The notes below the pieces were generated by a model, which saw only the letters and a program-made list of their open reading frames with translations, was not told where the DNA came from and did no database searches. From Phyllobates terribilis (Eukaryota), in contig NW_027362761.1 of assembly GCF_046119375.1 (NCBI RefSeq), positions 63,178,001 to 63,242,000 of the forward strand: 64,000 nucleotides of DNA, written 5' to 3'. The position numbers were made by a program, and so were the translations under genes. Numbering within the stretch: position 1 is the first letter of the stretch; each line of letters opens with the position of its first letter. Shown in pieces: positions 24,164-36,498 of the stretch.

Positions 24164-24424
24164 TATGTCTAGAATAGCGCAGGGTGCCATGTGTTACTTA
24201 CAGGAAGAAATGTATTATGCAGAATACAGTTGTAAAACACTGTCAATGAACAAACTAATTGACACATGCACTGAATGATCACTTTATTAAAGACACTCAG
24301 AGTAACGCATTAGATCTTCTTTGGCCTTCCGCAGCAATTTGTCATTACATAGATTTTGCTAGGTGTTGAAGTCATTCAGCAGGAATATTGACCCATTCTA
24401 CCTCATGCCAGAGATGGTCTAAAG

Positions 24425-24610
24425 CAGGGTTCCCCAACTCCAGTCCTCAAGGCCCACCAACAGGTCATGTTTTCAGGATTTCCTTAGTATTACACAGGTG
24501 ATAACTGCATCACCTGCACAGGCAATAATTCCATCACCTGTGCAATACTAAGGAAATCCTGAAAACATGACCTGTTGGTGGGCCTTGAGGACTGGAGTTG
24601 GGGAACCCTG
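24425..24610. mobile_element. hAT-type palindromic MITE
   Basis: CAGGGTTCCCCAACTCCAGTCC…GGACTGGAGTTGGGGAACCCTG; near-perfect 186-bp palindrome; 8-bp TSD GTCTAAAG/CTCTAAAG. Confidence 0.85.
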
Positions 24611-25689
24611 CTCTAAAGGATTAAGACCTGGGGACTGTGAAGGCTACCAGAGAGGGAAAGCTCACTGTCATGTTATTGGAACCAGTCCACAATTTTGTGC
24701 CAAGAAAACAATTCTACATGCCATTACTCTATCTACACAGTCTGAGTTGACACCCAACAGGAGGATTTTATAGATTCATGCAGCTTGTACAAAATTCTGA
24801 TGCTGCCATCAAGGACATGCATAAAAGTTTGAATTAGGCCCACTCCCAGTTGCCAATGAGTTCTCACTTTTGCAGAGGCTTAATGGTGGTAAAAGAGGGT
24901 TCTCACCCAGTTTAACCAGTTAAATGCCACAGTCGTTGTGGGCCACAGGTGTCTGGGAGGAAAATAGGTGGTACTCACCAGCTATGGAGTAGGTTCTCAC
25001 CACCTATGGAGTAGGTTCAGCACTTGAGCTCACATCATATACATCCTTCCAACTTATATGAAATGGACGGACGCCAGCCTGGTGGTGTTCAGCACTGAGC
25101 CCCACAGAGGTCACGTAGACTGCTGCCATTGGCAGAACTCCACTGACTCCCATCAGCATGGTTTAAATGAAATCTGGATTAATTTCACCAAGCAATGTTT
25201 TGCCACTGCTGATTAATCTAAATTTAGTTTGGCTTTGCCCACTGGAGTCTATCCTTTATATCTCCCTTGAACAGCTCTGCTACTAAAGATGATCTGCGCT
25301 AAGGATCAATGTAGTTGGAGCACCAGTGCTGTACTCCGGAGCAATTTTTTTTGACAATGCACGGCCTGTTTGTCAAAACGATTGTTGACATCCTCCTCTG
25401 ACCCCTTTCATGAGGGTTAATTATGTGCACATGGATGGATGCTGGATGTTAGTCTCTGATATCATAATTCTTGGTAAATGTTCAACATCATTGTACTACT
25501 AAATCTCACACAAGACTACCAGCTTATGAAATACAGGCCTCATGTAATTTAGCACCGATAATCATGCATCGTTCGAAGTCACTGAATTTTTAAGACTTTA
25601 AAACAGATAGTCATAATGAAAAAAAGTGTTAATAACCAACATGTACCACATGTATAGTTTATAACAGCATCTAAAGATGTTTTTTTGTT

Positions 25690-26460
25690 AGCATGCTAAA
25701 GTCTTAGAAGTATAGCAGCAAGTTTTCATTACTCTAAAGAAATTTACAAAACCTATAAATATAATTTTATTTTTTTTCCAAGGGACCTCTTTACATTTGA
25801 AATGACTGAGGAGCATACATGTCAGAAAACCTAAGAACACTGACCCCATTTTAAAAACTGCACCCTTCAAGGTATTCAAAGCCTCCTTCAGGAAGATTGT
25901 TCACCATTCAGGTGCATCACAGGAAATAATGCAAAAGTGGAAAGAAAAAAAAAAAGTGTTGCCTTAGCCCTGAATTTTTATTTTCACAAGAGTAACAGAA
26001 AAAAAATTAAGACAAAAATGAAAAAAAAAAAAACTAACTTCATTTTAGAAACTACACCCCTCGAGGAATTCATCTAGGGTTTGGGTAAGCATCTTGAACC
26101 AACAGGTGCTTCAGCTAATTTTGTATTAGTCGGCTGCAAAAATGAAAACATTTTTTTTTTCATCCCAAATTCTTTATTTTCACAAGGAGTAGCAAGACAA
26201 AGTGAATCTCAATATTTGTTACCAAACTTCGCCTGAACGTGAGAACACCCCGTATGTGGTCAGAATCTAGTGTTTGAGCACATGGCAGAGCTTGGAAGGA
26301 AATGAGCTCCATTTTACTTTTGGAACATCATTTTAGCTGGATTAGACTGCAAGCACCATGTTGTATTTGCAGAACCTCGGACATGGTAAAATAGCAGAAA
26401 CCTCCCACAAGTGACTTAATTTTGGGAACTGCAGCCCTCACAGAATTCACCTAGGTTTGA
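25690..26460. mobile_element. Internal fragment of an AT-rich DNA transposon (piggyBac-like family)
   Basis: Shares ACTGACCCCATTTT…/GGAGCTCCATTTTACTTT…-type blocks with 45600-46340; no termini identified. Confidence 0.45.
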
Positions 26461-26599
26461 TGGGCATCTTCAGTCCACAGGTGCTTTAGTTTTATAACAT
26501 TGCAATGTAGGTTGAATAAAGACCTAGGTCCATCCAATTCAACCTTTCTCTTCCAATTGTACTCTCTACACTAACTAACTTACTAGGACTAGGACTCAC

Positions 26600-27130
26600 A
26601 GCGGCAGCGGAGTGGGTCACAGCAGGCAGGAGCCGGCTACTGCGGTTAACACTGTGCCCACTGTTATAGAAAATAAATATTCACTGCTCCCCATGCCCAT
26701 GGGAGTGGAGAGCAGTGAATATTCATTTTCTTTAATAGCGGTCACACTGTTAGCTGCAGGCTTCCTGCAGTGGCTGGACGATTATGTTTCCCACTATTAA
26801 AGAGAATGAATATTCACTGCCCCCCACTCCCATTGGTGTGGGGAGCAGTGAATATTCATTTTGTTTAACAGTGGGCACACGTGATCGCCCAGCAGCTGCA
26901 GGAAGCCAGTGGCTACGGCTAACACCACGACGCTTTTAAAGGAAATGAATATTCACTGCCCTCCACTCCTATAGTCCTGGCGTGGAGAGCAGTGAATATT
27001 CCAGCAGCTGATCTCAGCGTGTGGGAGCGCATGGCAGTGACATCCTGTGCTGCTTACACAGTGAGATCAGCTGCTGGAGCAGAGGGAAGGAAGCTGAGTA
27101 GAATGGTTTATTTATTTATTTTTTTATGTT
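26600..27130. repeat. Array of GAATATTCACTGC…GCAGTGAATATTC hairpins (same module as inside 1797-2687)
   Basis: Three hairpin units followed by CAGCAGCTGATCTCAG…, inverted relative to and closely similar to 1990-2400. Confidence 0.65.
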
Positions 27131-28986
27131 TGCAGCATGATGAGGGCCATGCATAACAGGACGAGGATGAGGGGTGCATAAGCGAGTATACAGATGAAGC
27201 AGCAGGTGCTCACAGCGGCTGCTGCCTGAGGTAATACTGGAGTGAGTGTGACGAAGGAGCTCCAGTGGCCACTGAACTTATCACTGACTTCATCTATGGT
27301 GAGCTCACAGGACTGGTGAAGCTTCTGTATTACCTCAGGCAGGGAAATGAGTTACCTCAGAAAGTAGCAGTTGTCAGCCCCTGCTGTTTCGTCTGTATAT
27401 TCATTGTAAGGGACTTATGATTAAATTTCCCCCCTTACCAAGAGCCATGGTATGTTCAGACCATGAACTGGAGCAGCTCTACATGGTCTAACAAAGCAAT
27501 TACACTATACATAACAGTGGCACATTCATAAGAACACTTCAGCAGAGGAATATTTATTTTAGACACATTCAATATGGAAGTTATTTTTATTTCAAAGATT
27601 AAAATGTACTTAATTCATGTAACAACCCCTTTAAGGCTCAGTTTACATTTATCCTGTGCTTTTTGCCAAGCACTTCCAACAGGATTTCCATTTAAATCTC
27701 TGAAACACGTGATTCAGACAGAACAATTCACTATGCCAAGGGCCTATGAGGTTGAAAGGGAACCTTCTTCTCTCAACTTTTTAAAAACGGAGATTGCTAT
27801 TGATAGTGGCATTTAGAGAGTTAAACAGCCAGGGACAGTGATGCTGCATAAGTCTAGCTCCTGTGGTGATAGCACTCGGCTCCAGCGTCCACACGATCAC
27901 CAGGACATACCTGTATGTCTATTTGCAGGAAAACCTAAGAAAGTAGGACGTAACAGGAATCCAATGTCAGAAAGGTGCAATTTCCAAACAGCAAGGCTCC
28001 AGTCATGAAAGGTCAAGTGTCCCTAATAAAATGGCCAGTGTACAGCATTCATCTGCTTGTTGCAGTATGTTTCTTGGTTCGGTTCCCTACCAGTTGTTCA
28101 ATTGTATCCCAGCCTGAAGAAGGGGTCTCTGTGCTACTAAAGCTGGCAAACATATTTCGAATTAGCCAGTAAAATGTATCGCTCCTAGAATTCTTTTCTA
28201 GGTTTCTTTTAAAACAAAAAAAAAAAACAAGTATTTCTCATGGATTTTCCTGGCTGACATGGTATCAGACTATTTTGAGATTCCTTCTGAGAATACAAAA
28301 ATAATACCTTCATAATTGGAAATAAAAAACTGATGTTCTGTTTTTTTTAATGAGGACATGGACATCTGACATTTCAGTAGGTAACCATGGAGTTGCTATT
28401 TATTTGACGGACAGACAGGGATCTCTCACATTGCTAAGGCCTTATTCAGACCTCTATGATCTTACGCTATGTAAAAACACAGATCATTATTCATCAGTGT
28501 TTGGTCAATGTGTCAGCATTTACCATCAGTGTTTGCTCAGTGATTTACACTGATGGAAAAATAAAGAAATAAATACCAAGCTTCTCCTATCCATTACAAT
28601 GTTAATCACAGACAGCACACATACTGCACACTGATGCCTTCCATAGGCTGCCCGTCATTTTCACAGACCCATAGACTTGTATGCATGATTTTGATCCATG
28701 ACAACAATCAAACATGTCTCTGCGAATTTTTTGTGGATACAAACACAATTCTCAAGAAAACACAGACATTTGAACAGTTCCATAGGACTAACTCAGAGGG
28801 TGCATAATAGCCCTTTACGATTTCCAGTTGCCAACTTGACTCTTTATGGGCATCCTATAGACGTAAAAGGGGCAAGGTGACCAATACAGCTTAGTTAAAT
28901 TAGTAATAATCATTCCAAAACCCTGGACTTACTTGATGCAGTAGGGTCTTGTAAAACCCATCCTATTCAACATACACCCTCACATA

Positions 28987-30636
28987 CAACCCCTGGCAAA
29001 AATTATGGAATCACCGGGCTCGGAGGATGTTCATTCAGTTGTTTAATGTTGTTGAAAAAAAAGCAGATCACAGACATGGTACAAAACTAAAGTCATTTCA
29101 AATGGCAACTTTATGGCTTCAAGAAACACTAAAAGAAATCAAGATAAAAAAATGTGGTACTCGGTAAGGGTAATTTTGTTCAGACCAAGCTGAGGGAAAA
29201 AAAATTATGGAATCACTCAATTCTGAGGAAAAAATTATGGAATCATGAAAAACAAACATACAAAAGAACACTCCAATACATCACTAGTATTTTGTTGCAC
29301 CACCTCTGCCTTTAATAACAGCTTGCAGTCTGAGGCATGGACTTAATGAGTGACAAACAGTACAATCTGGCTCCAACTTTCTCTGATTGCTGTTGCCAGA
29401 TCAGCTTTGCAGGTTGGAGCCTTGTCATGGACCATTTTCTTCAACTTCCACCAAAGATTTTCAGTTGGATTGAGATCCGGACTATTTGCAGGCCATGACA
29501 TTGACCTTATGGGTCTTATTTCAAGGAATGTTTTCACAGTTTTTCCTCTATGGCAGAATGCATTATCATCTTGAAAAGTGTCAACATCCCCAAACATCCT
29601 TTCAATTGATGGGTTAAGAAAACTGTCCAAAATGTCAATGTAAACTTGGGCATTTATTGAAGATGTAATGACAGCCATCTCCCCAGTGCCTTTACCTGAC
29701 ATGCAGCCCCATATCATCAATGACTGTGGAAATTTGCATGTTCTCTTCATGCAGTCATCTTTATAAATCTCATTGGAATGGCACCAAACAAAAGTTCCAG
29801 CATCATCACCTTGCCCAATGCAGATTCGCGATTCATCACTGAATATGAATTTCATCCAGTCATCCACAGTCCACGATTGCTTTTCCTTAGCCCATTGTAA
29901 CCATGTTTTTTTCTGTTTAGGTGTTATGGCTTTTGTTTAGCTTTTCTGTATGTAAATCCCATTTCCTTTAGGCGGTTTCCTACAGTTCGGTCAAAGACAT
30001 TGACTCCAGTTTCCTCCCATTCGTTCCTCATTTATTTTGTTGTGCATTTCCTGTTTTGGAGACATATTGCTTTAAGTTTCCGGTCTTGAAGCTTTTATGT
30101 CTTCCTTGGTCTACCAGTATGTTTGCCTTCAACAACCTTCCCATGTTGTTTGTATTTGGTCCAGATTTTAGACACAGCTGACTGTGAACAACCAACATCT
30201 TTTGCAACATTGCGTGATGATTTACCTTCTTTTAAGAGTTTGATAATCTTCTCCTTTGTTTCAATTGACATCTCTCGTGTTGGAGCCATGATTCATGTCA
30301 GTCCACTTGGTGCAACAGCTCTCCAAGGTTTGATCACTCCTTTTTAGATGCAGATTAACGAGCAGATCTAATTTGATGCGGGTGTTAGTTTTGGAAATGA
30401 AAATTTACATGGTGATTCCATAGTTTTTTCCCTCTGCTTGGTCTGAAAAAAATTACCCTTACCGAGTACCACATTTTTAATCTTGATTTCTTTTAGTGTT
30501 TCTTAAAGCCCTAAAGTTGCCATTTGAAATGACTTTAGTTTTGTGCCATGTCTGTGATCTGCTTTTTTCAACAACATTAAACAACTGAATGAACATCCTC
30601 CGAGCCCGGTGATTCCATAATTTTTGCCAGTGGTTG
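28987..30636 (-). mobile_element. Tc1-like transposon (DD34E), defective
   Basis: TA|CAACCCCTGGCAAAAATTATGG…CCATAATTTTTGCCAGTGGTTG|TA; long TIRs. Minus ORF pieces 30095..30289 (HTH) and 29343..29867 (IFSDESR…QDDN-x34-E). Confidence 0.9.
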
Positions 30637-30924
30637 TATAGAGAAAATGGAACTACATACCACTTTTTTTTTTATTTTTTCTCCCATTCTTGCATTAAAC
30701 AGTTTCAGATTTATTAAGAATTAGGCAATATTTAATTATGCAAGTAGAAAAGCGTCGCATGTAGTTAAAGTCATTACGAGAGTCAAATTCTTTAACAAAG
30801 TACAGCAATGCTGCCATTTACCAGAATGGCGACTGGTTGAACTTGTGTGTGTGTGTGTGTTAGGCTTTGCTTTGAGCAGAACTTTCCATCTGGCGCCCGA
30901 GGATAATGGTCATGAACAAAGTTA

Positions 30925-31550
30925 AGGCCCCGTCACACTAAGCGATGCAGCAGCGATCCCGACAACGATACGACCTGTCAGGGATCGTTGCTGCATCGCT
31001 AATACATCGCTGGTGAGTTGTCAAACAGGCAGGCTCACCAGCGATGAGGGGAGCAGCGATATCGTGGAAAGAATCGTTCCACGATGTCGTGCTCCCGTTC
31101 CCAGCCTGCTGCTTAAGCAGGAGCAGGCTGGTAACTATGGTAAATATCGGGTTACTAAGTGCGCATGTGCCCCTAGTAACCCGCTGTTTACCATGGATAC
31201 CACTCTGCTACGGTGCACAGGAGCCTCCGCTCACCGTAGCAGAGTGGTATCTATGGTAAACAGTGGGTTACTAAGTGCACGCGTGCCCCTAGTAACCCGA
31301 TATTTACCATGGTTACCAGCCAGATCGTTGGTCCCGCTGGTCACACACAGCGATGTGTGCTGGCCAGCGGGAGGCCAACGACCAAAAAATGGTCCAGGAC
31401 ACTTTGCAACGATCAGCGACCTCACAGCAGGGGCCTGATCTTTGCAAAGTGTCACACATAGCGACATCGCTGGTGAGGTCGCTGGTGAGTCACCAAAACC
31501 GTGACACAGCAGCGATCTCGCTAGCGATATCGCTTAGTGTGACGGGGCCT
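30925..31550. mobile_element. PIF/Harbinger-type palindromic MITE
   Basis: TTA|AGGCCCCGTCACACTAAGCGA…TCGCTTAGTGTGACGGGGCCT|TTA; 3-bp TTA duplication. Confidence 0.8.
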
Positions 31551-32194
31551 TTACTGTTGGAAATTTGCTTTTCAGACCACTGATCTAAGAAATGATTGAG
31601 CAAGGGTGCCGACTCCACATATGGACATACAGTTATTCTGCCCTCTAGTGGCCTTATACAAAAGAGCAATATCGTTCTGGAAAATATAATGCAGAAATTG
31701 TCAGGCGTAGTGGTTTCCCTGCCATGTAACAGTTCATTAATACCAGGAACACGCACAAATCGCATATATGGAAGAAAGTGTAAATTGCAGGACTGCTATG
31801 GGGACTCAGGTGGACACCCTAGGGTCATAGCATTTCTTCTCTGTGCTTTTGAAAGACACAGTGAGCATGTTACTAGGCCATGCAACTATCCCCGATTTCC
31901 CAGGACTCCTGGGCCAAAAGAGGGTGAAGTTTGTAAACCCTGGGCGGGCCAGGGGCATTTCTGGGAGTGGGCAGAGATGTAGTTGGTGGATAGCACTTAA
32001 ACATTCCTTTCAATTTTGGCAACTATACTAATCTTTGCAGGTATTCTGCTGAAATGTTTCAAAAGTTTGTTAAAGAAATAACCCTTTATGGACCTGAGTT
32101 TTTTTCATCTTTTATGTTTTCGTTTTTTTTCCTCCCCTTGTTCCAAGAGTCATAACTTCTTTTTTTTAATGTTTTAGTCGACATATGCATATTG

Positions 32195-32430
32195 TCTCGT
32201 CAGAGAAAAAGAGGACTTGAACTCTATAGCGCCACCTATTGGAAGTAGCAATCCTACAAGTCACTTTTGACCCTTTAAAGAGTCTTGCAATATGATTTAG
32301 AATAAAAGCCAAATCAGAATCTCAATTTGCAGACACGGTGTTTCAGGGTTTTGACCCTCATCAGTGCAAAGTATGAGAACTGATTTGGCTAGGTGAGAGG
32401 CTCTGGACTGAGGTCTAAGGGGTGGCGAGT
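32195..32430 (-). mobile_element. Penelope-like terminal repeat fragment
   Basis: About 230-bp repeat shared with 48510-48740 that contains a minimal hammerhead. Assignment to Penelope rests on the known association of such ribozymes with these elements. Confidence 0.65.
32326..32370 (-). ncRNA. Minimal type I hammerhead ribozyme
   Basis: Minus strand: TTTGCA CTGATGA GGGTCAAAACCCT GAAA CACCGTG TC TGCAAA. Stem I TTTGCA/TGCAAA, core CUGAUGA and GAAA, stem II GGG/CCC, near-palindromic stem III ACAC-c-GTGT, GUC cleavage triplet. Confidence 0.8.
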
Positions 32431-33966
32431 GACATACCGGCTCTGGCATGCAAAGGTAAGGAGGCTTATTCGCCGTGCAATGCCCGTCATTTAAGGGTTT
32501 GTTTCTTGGAAGATGCGTTGTAGTTTTTTATGACACCATTTAATTTACAGTATAACGTACTGGAAAATGGGAAAAAAAATTACAAGTCTGGCAACATTGC
32601 AAACAAAACGCCATGCTTTCACAGCATTCACTGTACAGTAAAAATGACAATGACACGTGATATTTTTTATTATTATTTTAGAGGTGAAAAATTCTGAATT
32701 TTGTAAAGAAAAAAAAATTGTTTTGGTTGTCATATTCTGAGACAAATAACTTTTATTTTTCCGCCCTTGAAGCTTTGTAAAGGGGTCATTCCATTTCAAG
32801 TGATGCAAATCTGAATTTTTTTTTTACCTGATATCTTAGGATATTTATTTTCTTTGGTGTTTTTTTAAGTGCTACTTTACTGAATTAACAATAATACGTT
32901 TTGAATTTTTATCTTCATCAGTTAATTTTTTATAGATTTCTAAAGTTTAAAAAACAAACAGAATTTTGGGCTTATATGACTTTACATTTGTTTCGGGCTA
33001 GAATTAAGATAAAGAAATGGGAGAGGCATCATTTTGTTCAGAATTGCACATAGTCTTCATATCAAATTAAAGTATGTTTGTTGATATTTTGTTTTTGAGA
33101 AGTCAAATTCGAAATTTTGATGGGAGATTTCGGAAAAACTATAAGTTATCAATTTTTCAAAAAAAAATGCATGTATATGTTACTTGTGTTTTGGTTACAT
33201 TTGTTCAGGGATTCAAGTTGGGATCTCCGTAGGATCATATTTTGAAGTGTGATTTTCTAAATGCAGTCTCATCCTAATCATAGTGTATATCTGATTTTTC
33301 TTTGATTTTAAAATGACTGGTTTTCTTGAATACACAAAGGATGGTGATACGATGATGGACAAGAGAGCAAAAAAGTAATTTCTACAATATTGGTGGCATA
33401 CCGAGTGTGCACCACTACCACCATCCAGGACACAATTCTTAGGTCGTAGGTCAGCACATTCTGAAAATCCTATTTAGGCAGCAGTTGATATGAATTACTA
33501 AGTAAGATCAGGACAAGTCATGAAACTTGTTTTTTGTTTTTATTTGGAAAAACATAGACCCTGTCCTTTTAGACCACAGGCTGGGCAGATCTGAATTCAA
33601 GATTTTCAAATTGACACTGTTCATATATTTTGAAGTAAGATCCCTTTGAGATCCCAACGTGAATGTACAGGTGTGGCTAGGAGCATTGGAGGCACATGTG
33701 AATTTTTTGAAAATCTTATTTCATAATTTTTTTGGGGATATGCTTTTCAAAAACTTTTGCGATTGAGTCCGCATGGTTAAAATATTAACAAAGATATTCT
33801 TGTAACATATCAGGTGAAAGCCTGTACAGTTCTGAGTGTAATTATGTTTTTTTCCGTTTCTCCATCTTGGTTCTGGCCTGAGTTATGAGAAGAAACAAAG
33901 GCATGCAACACAGAAATTTGCATTTTTTTTTTTTTTTTTTTTAAAAACTTTGAAAAAAAAAATAAA

Positions 33967-34001
<35 letters not shown>

Positions 34002-34567
34002 TAGTACAGACCAAAAGTTTGGACACACCCTCTTATTTAAAGATTTTTCTGTATTTTCTTGACTATGAAAATTGTACATTCACACTAAAGGCATCAAAAC
34101 TATGAATTAACACGTGGAATTATATAGTTAAAAAAGTGCTTTTTTCTTGCCATAATACAAATTCTGACAGTCTATTCAGTAGGACTATCAGCTGTGTATC
34201 CACCTGACTTCTGCACAACACAACTGATGGTCCCAACCCCATTTATAAGGCAAGAAAACCCACTTATTAAACCTGACAGGGCACACCTGTGAAGTGAAAA
34301 CCATTTCCAGTGACTACTTCTTGAAGCTCATCAAGAGAATGCCAAGAGTGTGCAAAGCAGTCATCAAAGCAAAAGGTGGTTACTTTGAAGAACCTAGAAT
34401 ATAAGACATATTTTCAGTTGTTTCACACTTTTTTGTTAAGTATATAATTCCACATGTGTTAATTCATAGTTTTGATGCCTTCAGTGTGAATGTACAATTT
34501 TCATAGTCAGGAAAATACAGAAAAATCTTTAAATGAGAAGGTGTGTCCAAACTTTTGGTCTGTACTG
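34002..34567 (+). mobile_element. Internally deleted Tc1 element (MITE-like)
   Basis: …AGTACAGACCAAAAGTTTGGACACACC and GGTGTGTCCAAACTTTTGGTCTGTACTG|TA with long TIRs. Only the transposase C-terminus remains (KLIKRMPRVCKAVIKAKGGYFEEPRI*). Confidence 0.85.
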
Positions 34568-35729
34568 TATATACACACCTTCACATTTTGCATTCTCTAA
34601 CATACAAAATCTTAAAAGAATTGATAATATAGAGGAAAAATGCATTGGTTCACTTGATGGGGAATGACCCAAAGGCTTGTTTATTATGTCCTGAGCTGAA
34701 GGTACATTTTGATCGCTTTTTACTGTATTTTTGGAGGGAGGGGGCAGGACAAGAGAGAGGGGGTGGTTGGGTTTCCATTGAAATGCTGCAATTCTGCAGT
34801 TTGGATCTCTTTCTTTCTGGCATTTAAACTTATGGCTTAAATAATTTTACATTTTGCCAGATCAGACATTTTTTAGACACGATTACTAAATATTTTTTTT
34901 TTTTTTTTTTTTTAGCATTTTTCATTTCTTCATTTTTGAAGTGGGGAAAAAGGGGTCATTAATGTTTTGTGGCCCCTTTATGGGACTTGAACCTACGATC
35001 ATTAGACTGTAAGACCACTGTGGAGGACTAACAGGATAGTTATGGGGGTCTTCAGTAGACGACAGTAACCCATCGCTTTCCCGCAATCGTGTCGGAAGGG
35101 TCCAACATTTAAATGTTCTGTGGGACTAATGGAGGTACCCATTCATCAGTTTCTTAGGAGTGAACATAGCAGAGGCTGAGCATGTACACTACTGATCCAT
35201 TCACACAGGCGGCTTTGGGACTCTTTTTCATGACCTTTGTGGGGGCCCCAGTGGTTGGACCCTTGGCGTGGAAAGGTGATGCTGCATTTAGCATGTTGTA
35301 CGTGGCGTGTTTTGGTACACCATTTGTATGGGTGAAACTGTAAATAAAAGGTGAAATTATTGACATTTTTATAGAACTACTGAAAATGGAAAAAAATATA
35401 ACGACAGCACTGAAAGAGAGGAGATGCCTAAGACAACCAATCAGGCTGATGCTTTCACTTTCTAACCTGCCATCCACAAATGAAAGCTGTAATTTGATTG
35501 GCTGCAATGATTATCCTGGAAATATGCTGCATAATACAGCAACAGCATGCCTGGATTCAGACTGACAGAGGGGAAGACCGTGTGCACAGTAACATAGAGC
35601 CATTTATTCAGGTCTAAAACATGTGCATGTGACTACAACCTGCAAAACTGAAGTGTCCACAGAACAGCACGCACGCACCCTGCCCAGACCCACAGAACCC
35701 ACGACACACATTACATGCTGCAGACTCAC

Positions 35730-35790
35730 CTCTGTCCTCTGCCCATAGCAGCCTCGCTCCTACCCCAGACGTACTGACGCAACCAGGCGT
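35730..35790 (-). other. Probable first (non-coding) exon of the ZBTB-type gene
   Basis: Strong minus-strand donor AG|GTGAGT at 35730/35729 beside a CpG-rich promoter. The 5' boundary is unknown and the link to the 22464 acceptor is inferred. Confidence 0.55.
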
Positions 35791-36020
35791 ACATATTTGT
35801 TTATAAAGTTTGTTGAGGGAGAAAAAAAAAAAGTTGTGACGTCACACGTCGTTTGAGCGAATCTGATTAGCTGTCCTGCGCATGTGACGTGACCACGCCG
35901 GTGACGTCGGGTTTGGGGGGGGGGGGTTTTAGTTGATCTCGGGTGCCATTTTGGTACACCCTGACCCTGCTCCGAGGCTCCCCAAAATGTAACCCCTTGT
36001 GCTACTACAGGAGGAAAGCG
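35790..36020. promoter_or_regulatory. CpG-rich bidirectional promoter
   Basis: Local CpG enrichment; palindromic CRE TGTGACGTCACA at 35835-35846; CRE half-sites at 35885 and 35902; TGCGCATG (NRF1-like) ~35877; GCCATTTT (YY1-like) ~35945; GCGGAAAT (Ets-like) ~36024. Flanked by divergent GTGAGT donors. Confidence 0.7.
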
Positions 36021-36059
36021 AGTGCGGAAATCCGGGTGTAAGAGGCCGCTGTGGAGCAG
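36010..36059 (+). other. Probable first (non-coding) exon of the THAP gene
   Basis: Strong donor CAG|GTGAGT at 36059/36060; the start is approximate. Confidence 0.55.
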
Positions 36060-36412
36060 GTGAGTTAGCCGGGGTGCGGCCGCCATGGCTCCGGTGTGTG
36101 GCAGTGTCATGTGTGCCGGGATACAGGGGCATGTTAGCAGCAGTGCGGCTGGGGGCTTATGGAGCTGCCGTGTGTGCTGTGCAGCCTTCAGGGTGCATAC
36201 CCCAGAGGTCCAGACCCCACTAGTTGTAGTAATGTACATGTGATGGCAGTATTTCATCATTGTCACATTCATGTACTGTGCGCCAGTGCAGGCCAGCTCC
36301 TGCAGGGGGCGTCCCTAGCCTTGCTACACTATGGTCATCACTACAGGAGTGCGGGAGGCAGGGGACCTCTGTGAGCTTTCATCCCAATATGGGATTTCAT
36401 CCAGCGTTCCCT

Positions 36413-36498
36413 ATTATTATCCTACTTGTATAGCACCATTAATTCCACAGCGCTGTACACACAACAGCATCACTGTCCCCATTGGGGATCACAATCTA
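36413..36498 (-). mobile_element. V-SINE 3' fragment
   Basis: TATAGCACCATTAATTCCACAGCGCTGTAC…GTCCCCATTGGGG matches the tails of the other SINE copies. Confidence 0.65.
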
